IMG/VR virus record: IMGVR_UViG_651053022_000004
Coordinates: 1 to 64,000 of that record
Strand: one strand, 5' to 3'
DNA from: a virus
Lineage: Duplodnaviria; Heunggongvirae; Uroviricota; Caudoviricetes
Length of the DNA stretch: 64,000 nt
In this document: piece after piece, positions 41,637 through 51,324 of the stretch
Layout of the letters: each line of letters opens with the position of its first letter
How positions within the stretch are numbered: the first letter of the stretch is position 1
Notes under the pieces: generated by a model
The model's input: the letters and a program-made list of their open reading frames with translations, nothing else
Databases searched by the model: none
Told to the model about the DNA's origin: nothing
Made by a program: the position numbers and the translations under genes

Positions 41637-41910
41637 CTATGATCCCGATGTTCTGCAGAAGGCGGTGAATGATGCGGTCGCAAATATTCCGCAGCCGGCG
41701 GACGGTAAAAGTCTCACCCCGGATGATGTGCGTCCGATGCTTGAACAGATGGTGAAGGAGGCTGTAAGCCATATCCCTGTTCCGCGTGATGGTCGTGACT
41801 ACGATCCGGAAGTAGATGTGCGTCCGATGCTTGAACAGATGGTGAAGGAGGCGGTAAGCCATATTCATGTTCCGCGTGATGGTCGTGACTACGATCCGGA
41901 TGTTCTGCAG
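41539..41910 (+). repeat. Tandem coding repeats with PVPRDGRDYDPD units, including a perfect 90-nt tandem pair
   Basis: Units at ~41539, 41612, 41773 and 41863; 41731-41820 and 41821-41910 near-identical. Confidence 0.8.
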
Positions 41911-42384
41911 AAGGCGGTTCTGGATGCGGTGAGTGCCCTGCCGGCTCCGCAGGACGGGCGTGATGCCACGGCTCTGGAAATACTCCCCGCCATTGACGAT
42001 CAAAAATCCTTTCCCCGGGGCACGTATGCCACACACCAGGGCGGACTCTGGCGGGCGTATGAAAAAACGCACGGGATGCGGGGATGGGAATGCCTGGTTG
42101 ACGGGGTGGCGGATATTGACGTCAGCATGACGGGTGAGCGGTTGTTCTCTGTGGTGGTCCGGCAGAGCAGTGGCCAGCGTACGGAAAAAACATTTTCCCT
42201 GCCGGTGATGCTCTACCGCGGTGTGTTCAGAGCCGGTGAAACCTACCACCCCGGCGATACGGTGACGTGGGGGGGCTCGCTGTGGCACTGCAACAGTATG
42301 ACCGAAGATAAACCCGGAGAAGCTCATTCATCAGCCTGGACCCTGGCTGCAAAACGTGGGCGGGATGCAGGAGGCGGAAAATGA
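41587..42384 (+). CDS. Repeat-containing protein of unknown function (possibly once contiguous with the portal ORF)
   Basis: 266 aa starting MVKEAVSHIPVPRDGRDYDPDVLQKAV...; frame differs by one nucleotide from the portal ORF at ~41586. Confidence 0.45.
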   Translation: MVKEAVSHIPVPRDGRDYDPDVLQKAVNDAVANIPQPADGKSLTPDDVRPMLEQMVKEAVSHIPVPRDGRDYDPEVDVRPMLEQMVKEAVSHIHVPRDGRDYDPDVLQKAVLDAVSALPAPQDGRDATALEILPAIDDQKSFPRGTYATHQGGLWRAYEKTHGMRGWECLVDGVADIDVSMTGERLFSVVVRQSSGQRTEKTFSLPVMLYRGVFRAGETYHPGDTVTWGGSLWHCNSMTEDKPGEAHSSAWTLAAKRGRDAGGGK

Positions 42385-42707
42385 CGGCATTACTGACACT
42401 GGAAGAGATCAAGGCACATCTGCGTGTCGACCATGACGCGGATGATGACATGCTGATGGACAAGGTTCGTCAGGCTACCGCCGTGCTGCTGGCCTACATT
42501 CAGGGCAGCCGGGATAAAGTGATCCGTGAGGACGGTGAACTGATCCCGGGCGAGGCATTAACCCGGATGAAGGGGGCTGCCATGCGACTGACCGGGATGC
42601 TGTACCGGAATCCGGATCTTGCGGAGCGGGAAGAACTGCTTCAGGGGGAGCTGCCGTTTTCTGTTTCCGTGCTGATTTACGATTTGCGTTGTCCGACGGT
42701 GTTATGA
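42381..42707 (+). CDS. Head-tail connector (gp6-like)
   Basis: 108 aa; paralogue of 59996-60313; position after head genes. Confidence 0.6.
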   Translation: MTALLTLEEIKAHLRVDHDADDDMLMDKVRQATAVLLAYIQGSRDKVIREDGELIPGEALTRMKGAAMRLTGMLYRNPDLAEREELLQGELPFSVSVLIYDLRCPTVL

Positions 42708-42716
42708 GGAGGGGGA

Positions 42717-43067
42717 ATGGCAATATCTGCAGGTCGTCTGACACAGATGATAAGTGTTCTGAACCCGGTGTTAACCCGTAACGCTGCCGGAGAAATGACG
42801 GAAGAATGGGTGTCATGCGGGAAAATTCATGCGGATATCCGAGGCAGGAGCAGCCGGGAGCGGATGCAGTCCGGTGCGGAAATGGCGCAGGCGGAAATCC
42901 GCATCTGGGTGCGCGGTCAGTCCGGTCGGGAAATCACGGCAGCGTCACGACTTCATGTGCTGAGTGGTCCATGGCGTGACCGGATCCTGAACGTTGTCGG
43001 GCTGCCCGTGCCGGATGCGACCGGCGGGCGTCTGGAAATTCTCTGTCGGCTGGGAGGGGAAAAATGA
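42717..43067 (+). CDS. Head closure / head-tail adaptor protein
   Basis: 116 aa; paralogue of 60322-60660. Confidence 0.6.
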   Translation: MAISAGRLTQMISVLNPVLTRNAAGEMTEEWVSCGKIHADIRGRSSRERMQSGAEMAQAEIRIWVRGQSGREITAASRLHVLSGPWRDRILNVVGLPVPDATGGRLEILCRLGGEK

Positions 43068-43510
43068 TCGAAACCCTGCTGGATTTTTCGGGGCTGGAGG
43101 ACATCAGCCGCGATTTGCAGCTTCTGAGTGGTGCGGAAAATAACCGGGTGCTGCGTGAGGCAACCCGTGCGGGTGCGAATGTGCTGAAAGAAGAAGTGGT
43201 GTCACGGGCACCGGTACGCAGGGGAAAACTGCGCCGCAATGTGGTGGTCCTTTCCCGGCGCTCCCGCGATGGCGGGATGGAATCCGGTGTCCATATCCGT
43301 GGTGTTAATCCGGACACCGGTAACAGCGATAACACCATGAAGGCGGATAACCCGCGCAATGCTTTCTACTGGCGGTTTGTGGAAATGGGGACCGTGAATA
43401 TGCCACCGCACCCGTTTGTGCGCCCGGCGTTTGATGTGCGCAGTGAACAGGCAGCTCAGGTGGCGATTGCGCGGATGAACCGGGCCATTGATGAGGTACT
43501 GAGACGATGA
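43064..43510 (+). CDS. Tail-neck component (HK97 gp10-like)
   Basis: 148 aa; paralogue of 60657-61106. Confidence 0.55.
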   Translation: MIETLLDFSGLEDISRDLQLLSGAENNRVLREATRAGANVLKEEVVSRAPVRRGKLRRNVVVLSRRSRDGGMESGVHIRGVNPDTGNSDNTMKADNPRNAFYWRFVEMGTVNMPPHPFVRPAFDVRSEQAAQVAIARMNRAIDEVLRR

Positions 43511-43851
43511 CGGAGGCGGATTTGTATCCTCATCTGGCGCATCTTGCCGGCGGGCAGGTGTACCCGTATGTGGTCCCCCTGCTGGATGGCAGGCCGTCGG
43601 TGGCGCTTCCGTGGGTGGTTTTCAGCCTGATTTCATCGGTGTCTGCGGACGTGATGGGCGGGCAGGCGGAGTCCTCAGTGTCGGTGCAGATAGACGTTTA
43701 TGCCGGGACTGTGACGCAGGCGCGTCAGATACGTCAGGACGCCCGTGAAGCCATAATGCTGCTGGCCCCGGGATCCGTCAGTGAAATGCAGGACTATATT
43801 CCGGAAAACCGCTGTTACCGTGCAACCCTGGAGTTTCAGGTCACGGTGTGA
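43507..43851 (+). CDS. Tail completion protein (gp11-like)
   Basis: 114 aa; paralogue of 61103-61447. Confidence 0.55.
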   Translation: MTEADLYPHLAHLAGGQVYPYVVPLLDGRPSVALPWVVFSLISSVSADVMGGQAESSVSVQIDVYAGTVTQARQIRQDAREAIMLLAPGSVSEMQDYIPENRCYRATLEFQVTV

Positions 43852-43878
43852 CTTTTTCTTTTTTTCTACAAAACCCAT

Positions 43879-43903
43879 ACCCCGCCGCGTGCGGGTTTTT
43901 TAT
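43879..43903 (+). terminator. Hairpin plus U-tract immediately upstream of the major tail gene RBS
   Basis: cccgccgcgtgcggg followed by ttttttattatcaggagg. Confidence 0.4.
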
Positions 43904-43917
43904 TATCAGGAGGCAGA

Positions 43918-44634
43918 ATGTCTGCTTTGTATGAACGCTCACAGCTGACGCAGGTGATGATTTCATCTGCCCCGGCGACTGCTGAAACTATGGATAAGGC
44001 GGAATATCTGCGCCTGGACTGCACCATCAAGGAAGTCCAGTTCACCGCTGGTCAGAAACAGGATATTGATGTGACCACGCTCTGCTCCACCGAGCAGGAG
44101 AACATCAACGGTCTGGGGGCGTCGTCTGAGATTTCCATGTCGGGTAATTTTTATCTGAATCAGGCCCAGAACGCCCTGCGTGATGCCTATGACAATGACG
44201 CGTTGTATGCGTTTAAGGTGCTGTTTCCGTCCGGTAAGGGCTTTAAGTTCCTGGCGGAAGTGCGTCAGCACACCTGGTCATCCGGTACCAACGGCGTGGT
44301 GGCAGCAACGTTTTCACTGCGTATGAAAGGCAAACCGGTGTCCTTTGTGGTACCGCTGGCGTTTGTGAAAAATCTGGATAAAACACTTACCGTGAATACA
44401 GGTGCGCTGCTGACAATGTCAGTCAGTGCCAACGGGGGAACGCCGCCGTATAAATACGCCTGGAAGAAGGATGGTCAGCCGGTTGACGGGCAGACGACAG
44501 ACACCTTCAGTAAGCCAGGTGCGCAGTCCGCTGATGCGGGGAAATATACCTGCGTGGTGACCGATTCGGCAGAGAAAGCACAGAGTGTGACGTCTGTTGA
44601 ATGCACCGTGACAGTGAGCGCAGCCGCCGGATAA
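43918..44634 (+). CDS. Major tail protein with C-terminal Ig-like domain
   Basis: 238 aa; position before the G/T chaperone pair; C-terminus (…PPYKYAWKKDGQPVDGQTTDTFSKPGAQSADAGKYTCVVTD…) looks Ig-like. Confidence 0.75.
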   Translation: MSALYERSQLTQVMISSAPATAETMDKAEYLRLDCTIKEVQFTAGQKQDIDVTTLCSTEQENINGLGASSEISMSGNFYLNQAQNALRDAYDNDALYAFKVLFPSGKGFKFLAEVRQHTWSSGTNGVVAATFSLRMKGKPVSFVVPLAFVKNLDKTLTVNTGALLTMSVSANGGTPPYKYAWKKDGQPVDGQTTDTFSKPGAQSADAGKYTCVVTDSAEKAQSVTSVECTVTVSAAAG

Positions 44635-44648
44635 GGGGATGGGTCATC

Positions 44649-45023
44649 ATGAAAAAGGATCTGAAAACGCTGGCGCTGGCCAGACTGTCAGGGTTTCGTC
44701 ATAAAACGGTGAAGGTGCCGGAATGGGGTAATGTCAGCGTGGTGCTGCGGGAGCCTTCGGCAGAGGCCTGGTATCTGTGGCAGGAAGTGCTCAATGGTGA
44801 TGGAGAGGATGACGATACCCTGTCGGTGGTGGCGAAAACCCGCCGTAACCTAGAAGCGGATGTGACGCTGTTCTGCGATGTCCTGTGTGATACGGATCTG
44901 CAGCGGGTGTTCGCTCCGGACGACCGTGAGCAGGTGCTGGCCGTCTATGGTCCGGTACATGCCCGGTTGCTGCGTCAGGCACTGGAACTGATCGCTGATG
45001 CAGAGTCGGCCAGAAAAAAGTAG
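44649..45023 (+). CDS. Tail assembly chaperone (G-like)
   Basis: Start at MKKDLKTLALARLSGFRHKTV...; ends at a slippery site before the tape measure gene. Confidence 0.7.
   Translation: MKKDLKTLALARLSGFRHKTVKVPEWGNVSVVLREPSAEAWYLWQEVLNGDGEDDDTLSVVAKTRRNLEADVTLFCDVLCDTDLQRVFAPDDREQVLAVYGPVHARLLRQALELIADAESARKK
45014..45020 (+). other. Programmed -1 frameshift slippery heptamer A AAA AAG (G-T-type fusion)
   Basis: aaaaaag at the 3' end of the chaperone ORF; the -1 frame is open into 45047-45328. Confidence 0.75.
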
Positions 45024-45046
45024 CCCGCCCGGAAATTCGCTTTCTG

Positions 45047-45328
45047 ATGCGACTTGCGCTCCGTCTGGGGCGCACCTTATCCGAACTGCGGCACAGCCTG
45101 AGTGTGAGCGAGGCGATGATGTGGATGGAGTTCGACAGGGTATCCCCGCTGGGTGATGAGCGCGGGGATATCCGTAATGCACAGATCGTGAAAGCGGTTT
45201 TTGGGGCACAGGGGATGAATGTTGCACTGAAGGACGCCATGCTCTGCTGGGGCGAGGATGAGGATAAGCCGGAGGTGGATCCGTTTGCGGCGCTGGAAGA
45301 CGCGCTGAGCTTCGCAGCACAGTCATGA
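45047..45328 (+). CDS. T-like segment of the tail assembly chaperone (reached by -1 frameshift)
   Basis: -1-frame ORF between the chaperone and tape measure genes. Confidence 0.7.
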   Translation: MRLALRLGRTLSELRHSLSVSEAMMWMEFDRVSPLGDERGDIRNAQIVKAVFGAQGMNVALKDAMLCWGEDEDKPEVDPFAALEDALSFAAQS

Positions 45329-45336
45329 ATGATGAG

Positions 45337-45357
45337 AACCGCTGAGGCGGTTTTTTT
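45337..45357 (+). terminator. Hairpin plus U-tract upstream of the tape measure gene
   Basis: ccgctgaggcgg followed by tttttttacgcccggag. Confidence 0.35.
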
Positions 45358-45375
45358 ACGCCCGGAGAAAGGTGA

Positions 45376-48300
45376 ATGGCGACGTTACGTGAACTGATTA
45401 TCAAAATTTCGGCAAATTCGCAGTCATTCCAGTCGGAGATCCAGCGGGCTTCCCGCATGGGCAGTGAATATTACCGGACCCTGCAGAATGGCGGGCGTCA
45501 GGCTGCCGCAGTCGCCCGGGTGCAGCGACGCGCCCTGGCTGAGCTGAACAGCCAGTTGACGGAAATCCGCGCTTCAGCTGCCGGAACGGCGGGGGCATTT
45601 GCAGGTGCCTTTGCCACCGGACACCTGATTTCTCTGGCCGATGAATGGAGTTCCGTGAATGCCCGACTGAAACAGGCGTCGCAGTCATCCGATGAATTTT
45701 CGTCATCACAGAAAGTGCTGATGGATATCAGCCAGCGGACGGGCACGGCATTTTCAGATAATGCGGCCCTGTTTGCCCGCTCGGCAGCCTCAATGCGTGA
45801 ATATGGTTACAGTGCTGATGATGTGCTGAAGGTGACGGAGGCCATTTCCACGGGGCTGAAAATCTCCGGTGCCAGTACGGCAGAGGCGGGCTCGGTGATC
45901 ACCCAGTTCAGCCAGGCGCTGGCACAGGGTGTGTTACGCGGTGAGGAATTTAATTCGGTCAATGAAAGCGGAGACCGGATCGTACGTGCACTGGCTGCGG
46001 GTATGGGCGTGGCCCGTAAAGACCTTAAGGCGATGGCGGACGACGGCAAACTGACGGCGGATAAAGTCGTTCCTGCGTTAATCAGCCAGCTGGGGGTATT
46101 GCGTGATGAATATGCCGCCATGCCGGAAACGGTCTCTGACGGGATCACAAAGGTGGAAAACGCCTTTATGGCCTGGGTGGGTGGCGCGAATGAAGCCAGC
46201 GGAGCGACGAAAACGCTCTCCGGCGTGCTGAACGGTGTTGCCGGTAATATTGATAATGTGGCAACAGCCGCGGGGGCGCTGGTTGCCGTCGGGGTTGCCC
46301 GGTACTTTGGCAATATGGCCTCCGGAGCGGTGTCTGCCACGGCAGGACTTGTGACGGCAGCACGTAATGAAGTGGCACTGGCGGAAGCACAGCTCAGGGG
46401 GACGCAGATTGCCACGGCGCGGGCAAGGGCAGCCGTGTACCGTGCACAGCAGGCTGTGGCGGCAGCCCGCGGGACGGAGATGCAGATTGCTGCAGAAGCC
46501 CGTCTGGCGGCCACACAGGAACGCCTGAACAGAAATATTGCTGCCAGAACCGCAGCCCAGAATGAGCTGAACAGTACAACGGCGGTGGGCTCACGTCTGA
46601 TGACTGGTGCGTTGGGACTGGTTGGTGGCGTACCCGGACTGGTGATGCTGGGGGCAGCAGCATGGTATACGCTGTACCAGAATCAGGAGCAGGCCAGGGA
46701 GTCAGCGCGCCAGTATGCACTGACGATAGATGAAATCGCGCATAAAACGCCGTCAATGTCTTTGCCTGAAGCCTCAGATAATGAAGGACGAACACGGGCG
46801 GCGCTGGCAGAGCAGAACCGGCTGATTGATGAACAGGCCAGCCGGGTGAAATCCCTGCAGGAAAAAATCGCTGGATATCAGTATGTTCTGGCTAACCCTG
46901 GCTGGACAACCGGTGACGGATTCATGATAAACCATCTGACATCGGTGAAGACCGTGACGGAAGGGCTTTCTCAGGCAACAGAGCAGCTTGCCGTTGAGCA
47001 GTCCCGTCTGGCACAGATGCAGGAAAAAGCGCAGTCCATTCAGGATGTGCTTGCCGGGCTGGAAGACCGTCGTGTGGCGTTAATTCGTCAGCAGGCGGCA
47101 GAGCAGAATAAGGTGTACCAGTCCATGCTGGTTATGAACGGTCAGCATACGGAATTCAACCGTCTGCTGGGGCTGGGGAATGAACTGCTTCAGCAGCGTC
47201 AGGGACTGGTGAATGTACCGTTACGGCTGCCGCAGGCCACCCTGGATGATAAACAGCAGAGCGCCCTGACAAAAACAGAACGTGAGCTGGCCCTGTCCCG
47301 ACTGAAGGGGGAGGAAAAAGAGCGTGCCCGGCTGGGGTATGCGGCGGATGACCTTGGTTTTGTGGGGGATTCGTATCAGGAGGCGAGACAGCGTTATATC
47401 AGTAATGCTCTGGAAGCCTGGCGTAATAACGAGGCGAACAAACCTAAATCCCGGGGTGGAAAATCAGAGACGGAAAAAGCGGAAGACAGTTTTTCCCGGC
47501 TACTGAAGCAGCAGAAAGAGCAACTGGCACTGGCGGGTCAGAATACAGAGCTGGCGAAGCTGAAGTACCAGACTGCGCAGGGCGAACTGAAAACCCTGAC
47601 GGAGATGCAGAAGCAGGAACTGCTGCGTAACGCGGCCCTGATTGACCAGCAAAAAATCCGGGAACAGTTGCGATCCCGGGAAGAGACCCTGAAGAATGAT
47701 AATGTGGCTGCGCGTGCATCAAATGAAGCTGAACTGCTGGGATACGGGCAGGGAGAACGAGCCAGGGAACGCATGCGGGAGTTGCAGCAGATCCGTGACA
47801 GCTTCCGCCAGAAGGATGCGGACCTTCAGTCTCAGTATCAGACCGGGGATATCAGTGAGGATTTTTACAGACAGGCACGGGCACAGAACGCGCAGTATCT
47901 GAGCGAACGCCTTAAGGACCAGGCAGCCTTTTATGCCGAATCGGATGCGCAGCGTGCGGACTGGCAGAAAGGCTTGCAGGAGGGGCTCAGTAACTGGGTG
48001 GACAATGCATCCGATTACGCCTCACAGGCAGCACAGCTTGCGACGGAGGGTATCTCAGGGATGGTGAATAACATCACGGAGATGCTGAACGGAAACAAAG
48101 TGGAATGGCGCAACTGGGCCTCATCCGTACTGCAGGAAATCTCAAAAGTTCTTATGAATGCTGCGATTGTCAACGGAATTAAGACGGCGGCAAACGGTAT
48201 GTCCGGTGCGGGAGGATTTATTGGCAGCATTGGTGACTGGCTGGGCGGTGCGGTGGCCAATGCAAAAGGCGGCGTGTATACCTCGGCAAACCTGAGTGCG

Positions 48301-48618
48301 TACAGCAACAGCATTGTGGACACGCCCACGTACTTTGCGTTTGCAAAAGGGGCCGGGCTGATGGGGGAAGCCGGACCTGAAGCCATTATGCCCCTGACCC
48401 GGGCGGCGGATGGCTCGCTGGGCGTACGCGCGGTGGGCAGTATGAACGGCAGTGCCGGTCTGGTGTATTCCCCGGTCTACCACATCGCCATTCAGAATGA
48501 CGGGGCTAACGGACAGATAGGGGCGGAGGCGGCAGGCAGTCTTGTGCAGCTGATTGACCAGCGGGTGCAGGCGGTGATGCTGTCCATGCGACGTGACGGA
48601 GGAATGCTGAGTGGCTGA
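45376..48618 (+). CDS. Tape measure protein
   Basis: 1080 aa; long coiled-coil-rich ORF in the canonical position; N-terminus paralogous to the partial ORF at 62941. Confidence 0.9.
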   Translation: MATLRELIIKISANSQSFQSEIQRASRMGSEYYRTLQNGGRQAAAVARVQRRALAELNSQLTEIRASAAGTAGAFAGAFATGHLISLADEWSSVNARLKQASQSSDEFSSSQKVLMDISQRTGTAFSDNAALFARSAASMREYGYSADDVLKVTEAISTGLKISGASTAEAGSVITQFSQALAQGVLRGEEFNSVNESGDRIVRALAAGMGVARKDLKAMADDGKLTADKVVPALISQLGVLRDEYAAMPETVSDGITKVENAFMAWVGGANEASGATKTLSGVLNGVAGNIDNVATAAGALVAVGVARYFGNMASGAVSATAGLVTAARNEVALAEAQLRGTQIATARARAAVYRAQQAVAAARGTEMQIAAEARLAATQERLNRNIAARTAAQNELNSTTAVGSRLMTGALGLVGGVPGLVMLGAAAWYTLYQNQEQARESARQYALTIDEIAHKTPSMSLPEASDNEGRTRAALAEQNRLIDEQASRVKSLQEKIAGYQYVLANPGWTTGDGFMINHLTSVKTVTEGLSQATEQLAVEQSRLAQMQEKAQSIQDVLAGLEDRRVALIRQQAAEQNKVYQSMLVMNGQHTEFNRLLGLGNELLQQRQGLVNVPLRLPQATLDDKQQSALTKTERELALSRLKGEEKERARLGYAADDLGFVGDSYQEARQRYISNALEAWRNNEANKPKSRGGKSETEKAEDSFSRLLKQQKEQLALAGQNTELAKLKYQTAQGELKTLTEMQKQELLRNAALIDQQKIREQLRSREETLKNDNVAARASNEAELLGYGQGERARERMRELQQIRDSFRQKDADLQSQYQTGDISEDFYRQARAQNAQYLSERLKDQAAFYAESDAQRADWQKGLQEGLSNWVDNASDYASQAAQLATEGISGMVNNITEMLNGNKVEWRNWASSVLQEISKVLMNAAIVNGIKTAANGMSGAGGFIGSIGDWLGGAVANAKGGVYTSANLSAYSNSIVDTPTYFAFAKGAGLMGEAGPEAIMPLTRAADGSLGVRAVGSMNGSAGLVYSPVYHIAIQNDGANGQIGAEAAGSLVQLIDQRVQAVMLSMRRDGGMLSG

Positions 48619-48952
48619 GATAAAAACGCTGCATCTGGTCCCGCGTGAAGGGATGCAGGTGAGTGAGAAACCGTCGGTGGTGAGGGTTCGGTTTGGTGAC
48701 GGTTATGAACAGCGCCGACCGACGGGACTTAATGCCAGACTGAAGACGTTTCAGGCGGTGTTCCGGGTGACGGATGAACCAACCCGGCGCTGGCTGGATG
48801 AATTTTTATCGTGGCATGGTGGTTACCGTGCCTTTTTGTGGCGACCGCCGAAACATAACCTGACGGTGAGGGTGGTGTGCCGGGAGTGGAGCGTCACAGA
48901 TAACGCCAGGCACAGTGATTTCAGTTGTACGATTGAGCAGGTGGTGAACTGA
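48611..48952 (+). CDS. M: Minor tail protein M-like
   Basis: 113 aa; similar to the lambda-type M at 28609-28938 (…VRFGDGY…R…GLNA…LKT…). Confidence 0.85.
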   Translation: MAEIKTLHLVPREGMQVSEKPSVVRVRFGDGYEQRRPTGLNARLKTFQAVFRVTDEPTRRWLDEFLSWHGGYRAFLWRPPKHNLTVRVVCREWSVTDNARHSDFSCTIEQVVN

Positions 48953-49650
48953 TGCAGGATATTCGCGAAGAAAGTCTGAACGAGTCGGTTAAGTCAGAGC
49001 AGTCACCGCGGGTGGTACTCTGGGAAATCGACCTGACGGTACAGGGCGGTGAGCGGTATTTTTTCTGTAATGAGCTGAATGAAAAAGGGGAGCCGGTCAC
49101 CTGGCAGGGGCGGCAATATCAGGCATACCCGATTGACGGCAGCGGTTTTGAGATGAGCGGGAAGGGCAGCAGTGCCAGACCGTCGCTGACGGTGTCCAAT
49201 CTGTTCGGTCTGGTCACCGGGATGGCGGAAGACCTGCAGAGTCTGGTGGGGGCCACGGTGGTCCGCCGCCGGGTGTATGCCCGTTTTCTGGATGCGGTGA
49301 ATTTCGTTGCGGGCAATCCGGAGGCGGACCCGGAGCAGGAGCTGAGTGACCGCTGGGTGGTGGAGCAGATGTCGCAGCTGACAGCCATGACGGCCTCGTT
49401 TGTGCTGGCTACACCGACCGAGACGGATGGGGCGCTGTTTCCCGGTCGCATCATGCTGGCGAACACCTGTATGTGGGATTACCGGGGAGATGAATGCGGG
49501 TATAACGGTCCTGCGGTGGCGGATGAGTTCGACAACCCCACCACGGATATCCGTAAGGACAGATGCAGCAAGTGCATGCGCGGGTGTGAACTGCGCAGGA
49601 ATGTCGGCAATTTTGGCGGTTTCCTTTCCATTAATAAACTTTCGCAGTAA
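48952..49650 (+). CDS. L: Minor tail protein L-like
   Basis: 232 aa; similar to the lambda-type L at 28938-29636. Confidence 0.9.
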   Translation: MQDIREESLNESVKSEQSPRVVLWEIDLTVQGGERYFFCNELNEKGEPVTWQGRQYQAYPIDGSGFEMSGKGSSARPSLTVSNLFGLVTGMAEDLQSLVGATVVRRRVYARFLDAVNFVAGNPEADPEQELSDRWVVEQMSQLTAMTASFVLATPTETDGALFPGRIMLANTCMWDYRGDECGYNGPAVADEFDNPTTDIRKDRCSKCMRGCELRRNVGNFGGFLSINKLSQ

Positions 49651-49660
49651 ATCCCGGTTT

Positions 49661-50404
49661 ATGACACAGACTGAATCAGCGATTCTGGCGCATGCCCGGC
49701 GGTGTGCGCCTGCGGAGTCGTGCGGCTTCGTGATAAGCACGTCGGAGGGGGAGTGGTATATCCCTTGTGTGAATATTTCTGCAGAGCCGGAGGCGTATTT
49801 TCGTATCGCACCGGAAGACTGGCTGCGGGCAGAGATGCAGGGGGAGATTGTGGCACTGGTCCACAGTCATCCCGGTGGGCTGCCCTGGCTGAGCGAGGCT
49901 GACCGGCGGCTGCAGATAAAAAGCGCACTGCCCTGGTGGCTGGTCTGCCGGGGTGACATTCACAAATTCCGCTGTGTGCCACATCTGACAGGACGGCGCT
50001 TTGAGCACGGGGTGACGGACTGTTACACGCTGTTCCGGGATGCTTATCATCTGGCGGGGACTGAAATGCCGGATTTTCATCGCGAGGATGACTGGTGGCG
50101 CAACGGTCAGAACCTTTACCTGGACAATATGGCGGTCACCGGCTTTTACCGGGTGCCCCTGTCCTCTGCACAGGCGGGCGATATTCTGCTGTGCTGCTTT
50201 GGTGCTTCGGTACCGAACCATGCCGCCATTTACTGCGGCAACGGTGAGCTGCTTCACCATCTGCCTGAACAACTGAGTAAACGGGAGAGGTATTCCGAAA
50301 AATGGCAACGACGAACGCATTCTGTCTGGCGTCACCGCCACTGGCACGCATCTGCCTTCACGGGGATTTACAACGATTTGGCCGCCGCCTCAGCCTGTAT
50401 GTGA
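49661..50404 (+). CDS. K: Tail tip assembly protein K-like (full length)
   Basis: 247-aa product MTQTESAILAHARRCAPAESCGFV...; full-length counterpart of the truncated K at 29641. Confidence 0.9.
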   Translation: MTQTESAILAHARRCAPAESCGFVISTSEGEWYIPCVNISAEPEAYFRIAPEDWLRAEMQGEIVALVHSHPGGLPWLSEADRRLQIKSALPWWLVCRGDIHKFRCVPHLTGRRFEHGVTDCYTLFRDAYHLAGTEMPDFHREDDWWRNGQNLYLDNMAVTGFYRVPLSSAQAGDILLCCFGASVPNHAAIYCGNGELLHHLPEQLSKRERYSEKWQRRTHSVWRHRHWHASAFTGIYNDLAAASACM

Positions 50405-50982
50405 ACACGGCAGCGGAAGCCATCCGGGCGCTGTCGTTACAGGTGCCGGGCTTTCGCCGTCAGATGAACGAAGGCTGGTACCAGATACGTATTGCCGGTT
50501 ATGACACGGCACCGGAGGCGGTGTACGCCCGTCTTCACGAACAGCTGGGTGAGGGAACGGTCATCCATATTGTGCCGCGACTGGCCGGGGCCGGAAAGGG
50601 TGGACTGCAGATTGTGCTGGGGGCGGCAGCCATCGTGGGCTCTTTCTTCACTGCCGGGGCATCAATGGCGTTATGGGGTTCAGCCCTGGCAGCCGGTGGT
50701 TTTTCTGCCACCACGATGCTGTTTTCACTTGGAGCCAGCATGATTCTGGGCGGTGTGGCCCAGATGCTGGCCCCGAAGGCAAAAACACCGGATTACCGCG
50801 CAACGGATAACGGCAGACAGAACACGTACTTTTCCTCGCTGGATAACATGATTGCCCAGGGGAACCCGATGCCGGTGCCTTACGGGGAAATGCTGGTTGG
50901 CTCCCGCCGTATATCCCAGGACATCAGCACCCGTGATGAAGGCGGGGGCGGAACGGTCGTGGTTATCGGGCGACAGGGATAA
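50302..50982 (+). CDS. I: Tail assembly protein I-like
   Basis: 226-aa translation (…ARICLHGDLQRFGRR…, …GASMILGGVAQMLAPKAKTP…) matches lambda I as I recall it. Confidence 0.9.
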   Translation: MATTNAFCLASPPLARICLHGDLQRFGRRLSLYVNTAAEAIRALSLQVPGFRRQMNEGWYQIRIAGYDTAPEAVYARLHEQLGEGTVIHIVPRLAGAGKGGLQIVLGAAAIVGSFFTAGASMALWGSALAAGGFSATTMLFSLGASMILGGVAQMLAPKAKTPDYRATDNGRQNTYFSSLDNMIAQGNPMPVPYGEMLVGSRRISQDISTRDEGGGGTVVVIGRQG

Positions 50983-50983
50983 A

Positions 50984-51021
50984 ACATAAAAAAATCCCGC
51001 AGTGATCGCGGAGCTGCGGGG
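50984..51021 (-). terminator. Candidate terminator at the left edge of the I-J intergenic insert
   Basis: Hairpin cccgcagtgatcgcggagctgcggg flanked by an A-run on the plus strand. Confidence 0.4.
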
Positions 51022-51189
51022 ACAGACAAATGAAGATCAATGTTAAGGAGTTGTTTTTGTTACTCGGGCAAAAAAACACTAACGCAGCGAAATTATAAGC
51101 GCCACAGTCAGTGTGTGAAAATGTGAAGATATTCAGAATTTTTATGCCATTACCGGTTTTAACCAACAGGATTATCGGTGGGCATGAAA

Positions 51190-51228
51190 GAAAACCCCGG
51201 TATCTGCTGATACCGGGGTTTCTCTTTA
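51190..51228 (+). terminator. Candidate terminator (10-bp perfect stem) in the I-J intergenic insert
   Basis: ccccggtatc-tgct-gataccgggg followed by tttctcttt, with A-run upstream (possibly bidirectional). Confidence 0.55.
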
Positions 51229-51324
51229 GCATGGCAGAAATGTGTTTCATGCTTTTCGGGCGAAGGATATCCGACTTCTGTACGGAATGGCAAGTGGCGG
51301 TTAATTTATTCAGGGGAAGGCTGT

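Noticed and set aside
41539-41910. Tandem repeats considered as CRISPR or satellite DNA
   Set aside because: The repeats are in-frame coding units of 90-96 nt encoding a repeated peptide motif, with no spacer structure.
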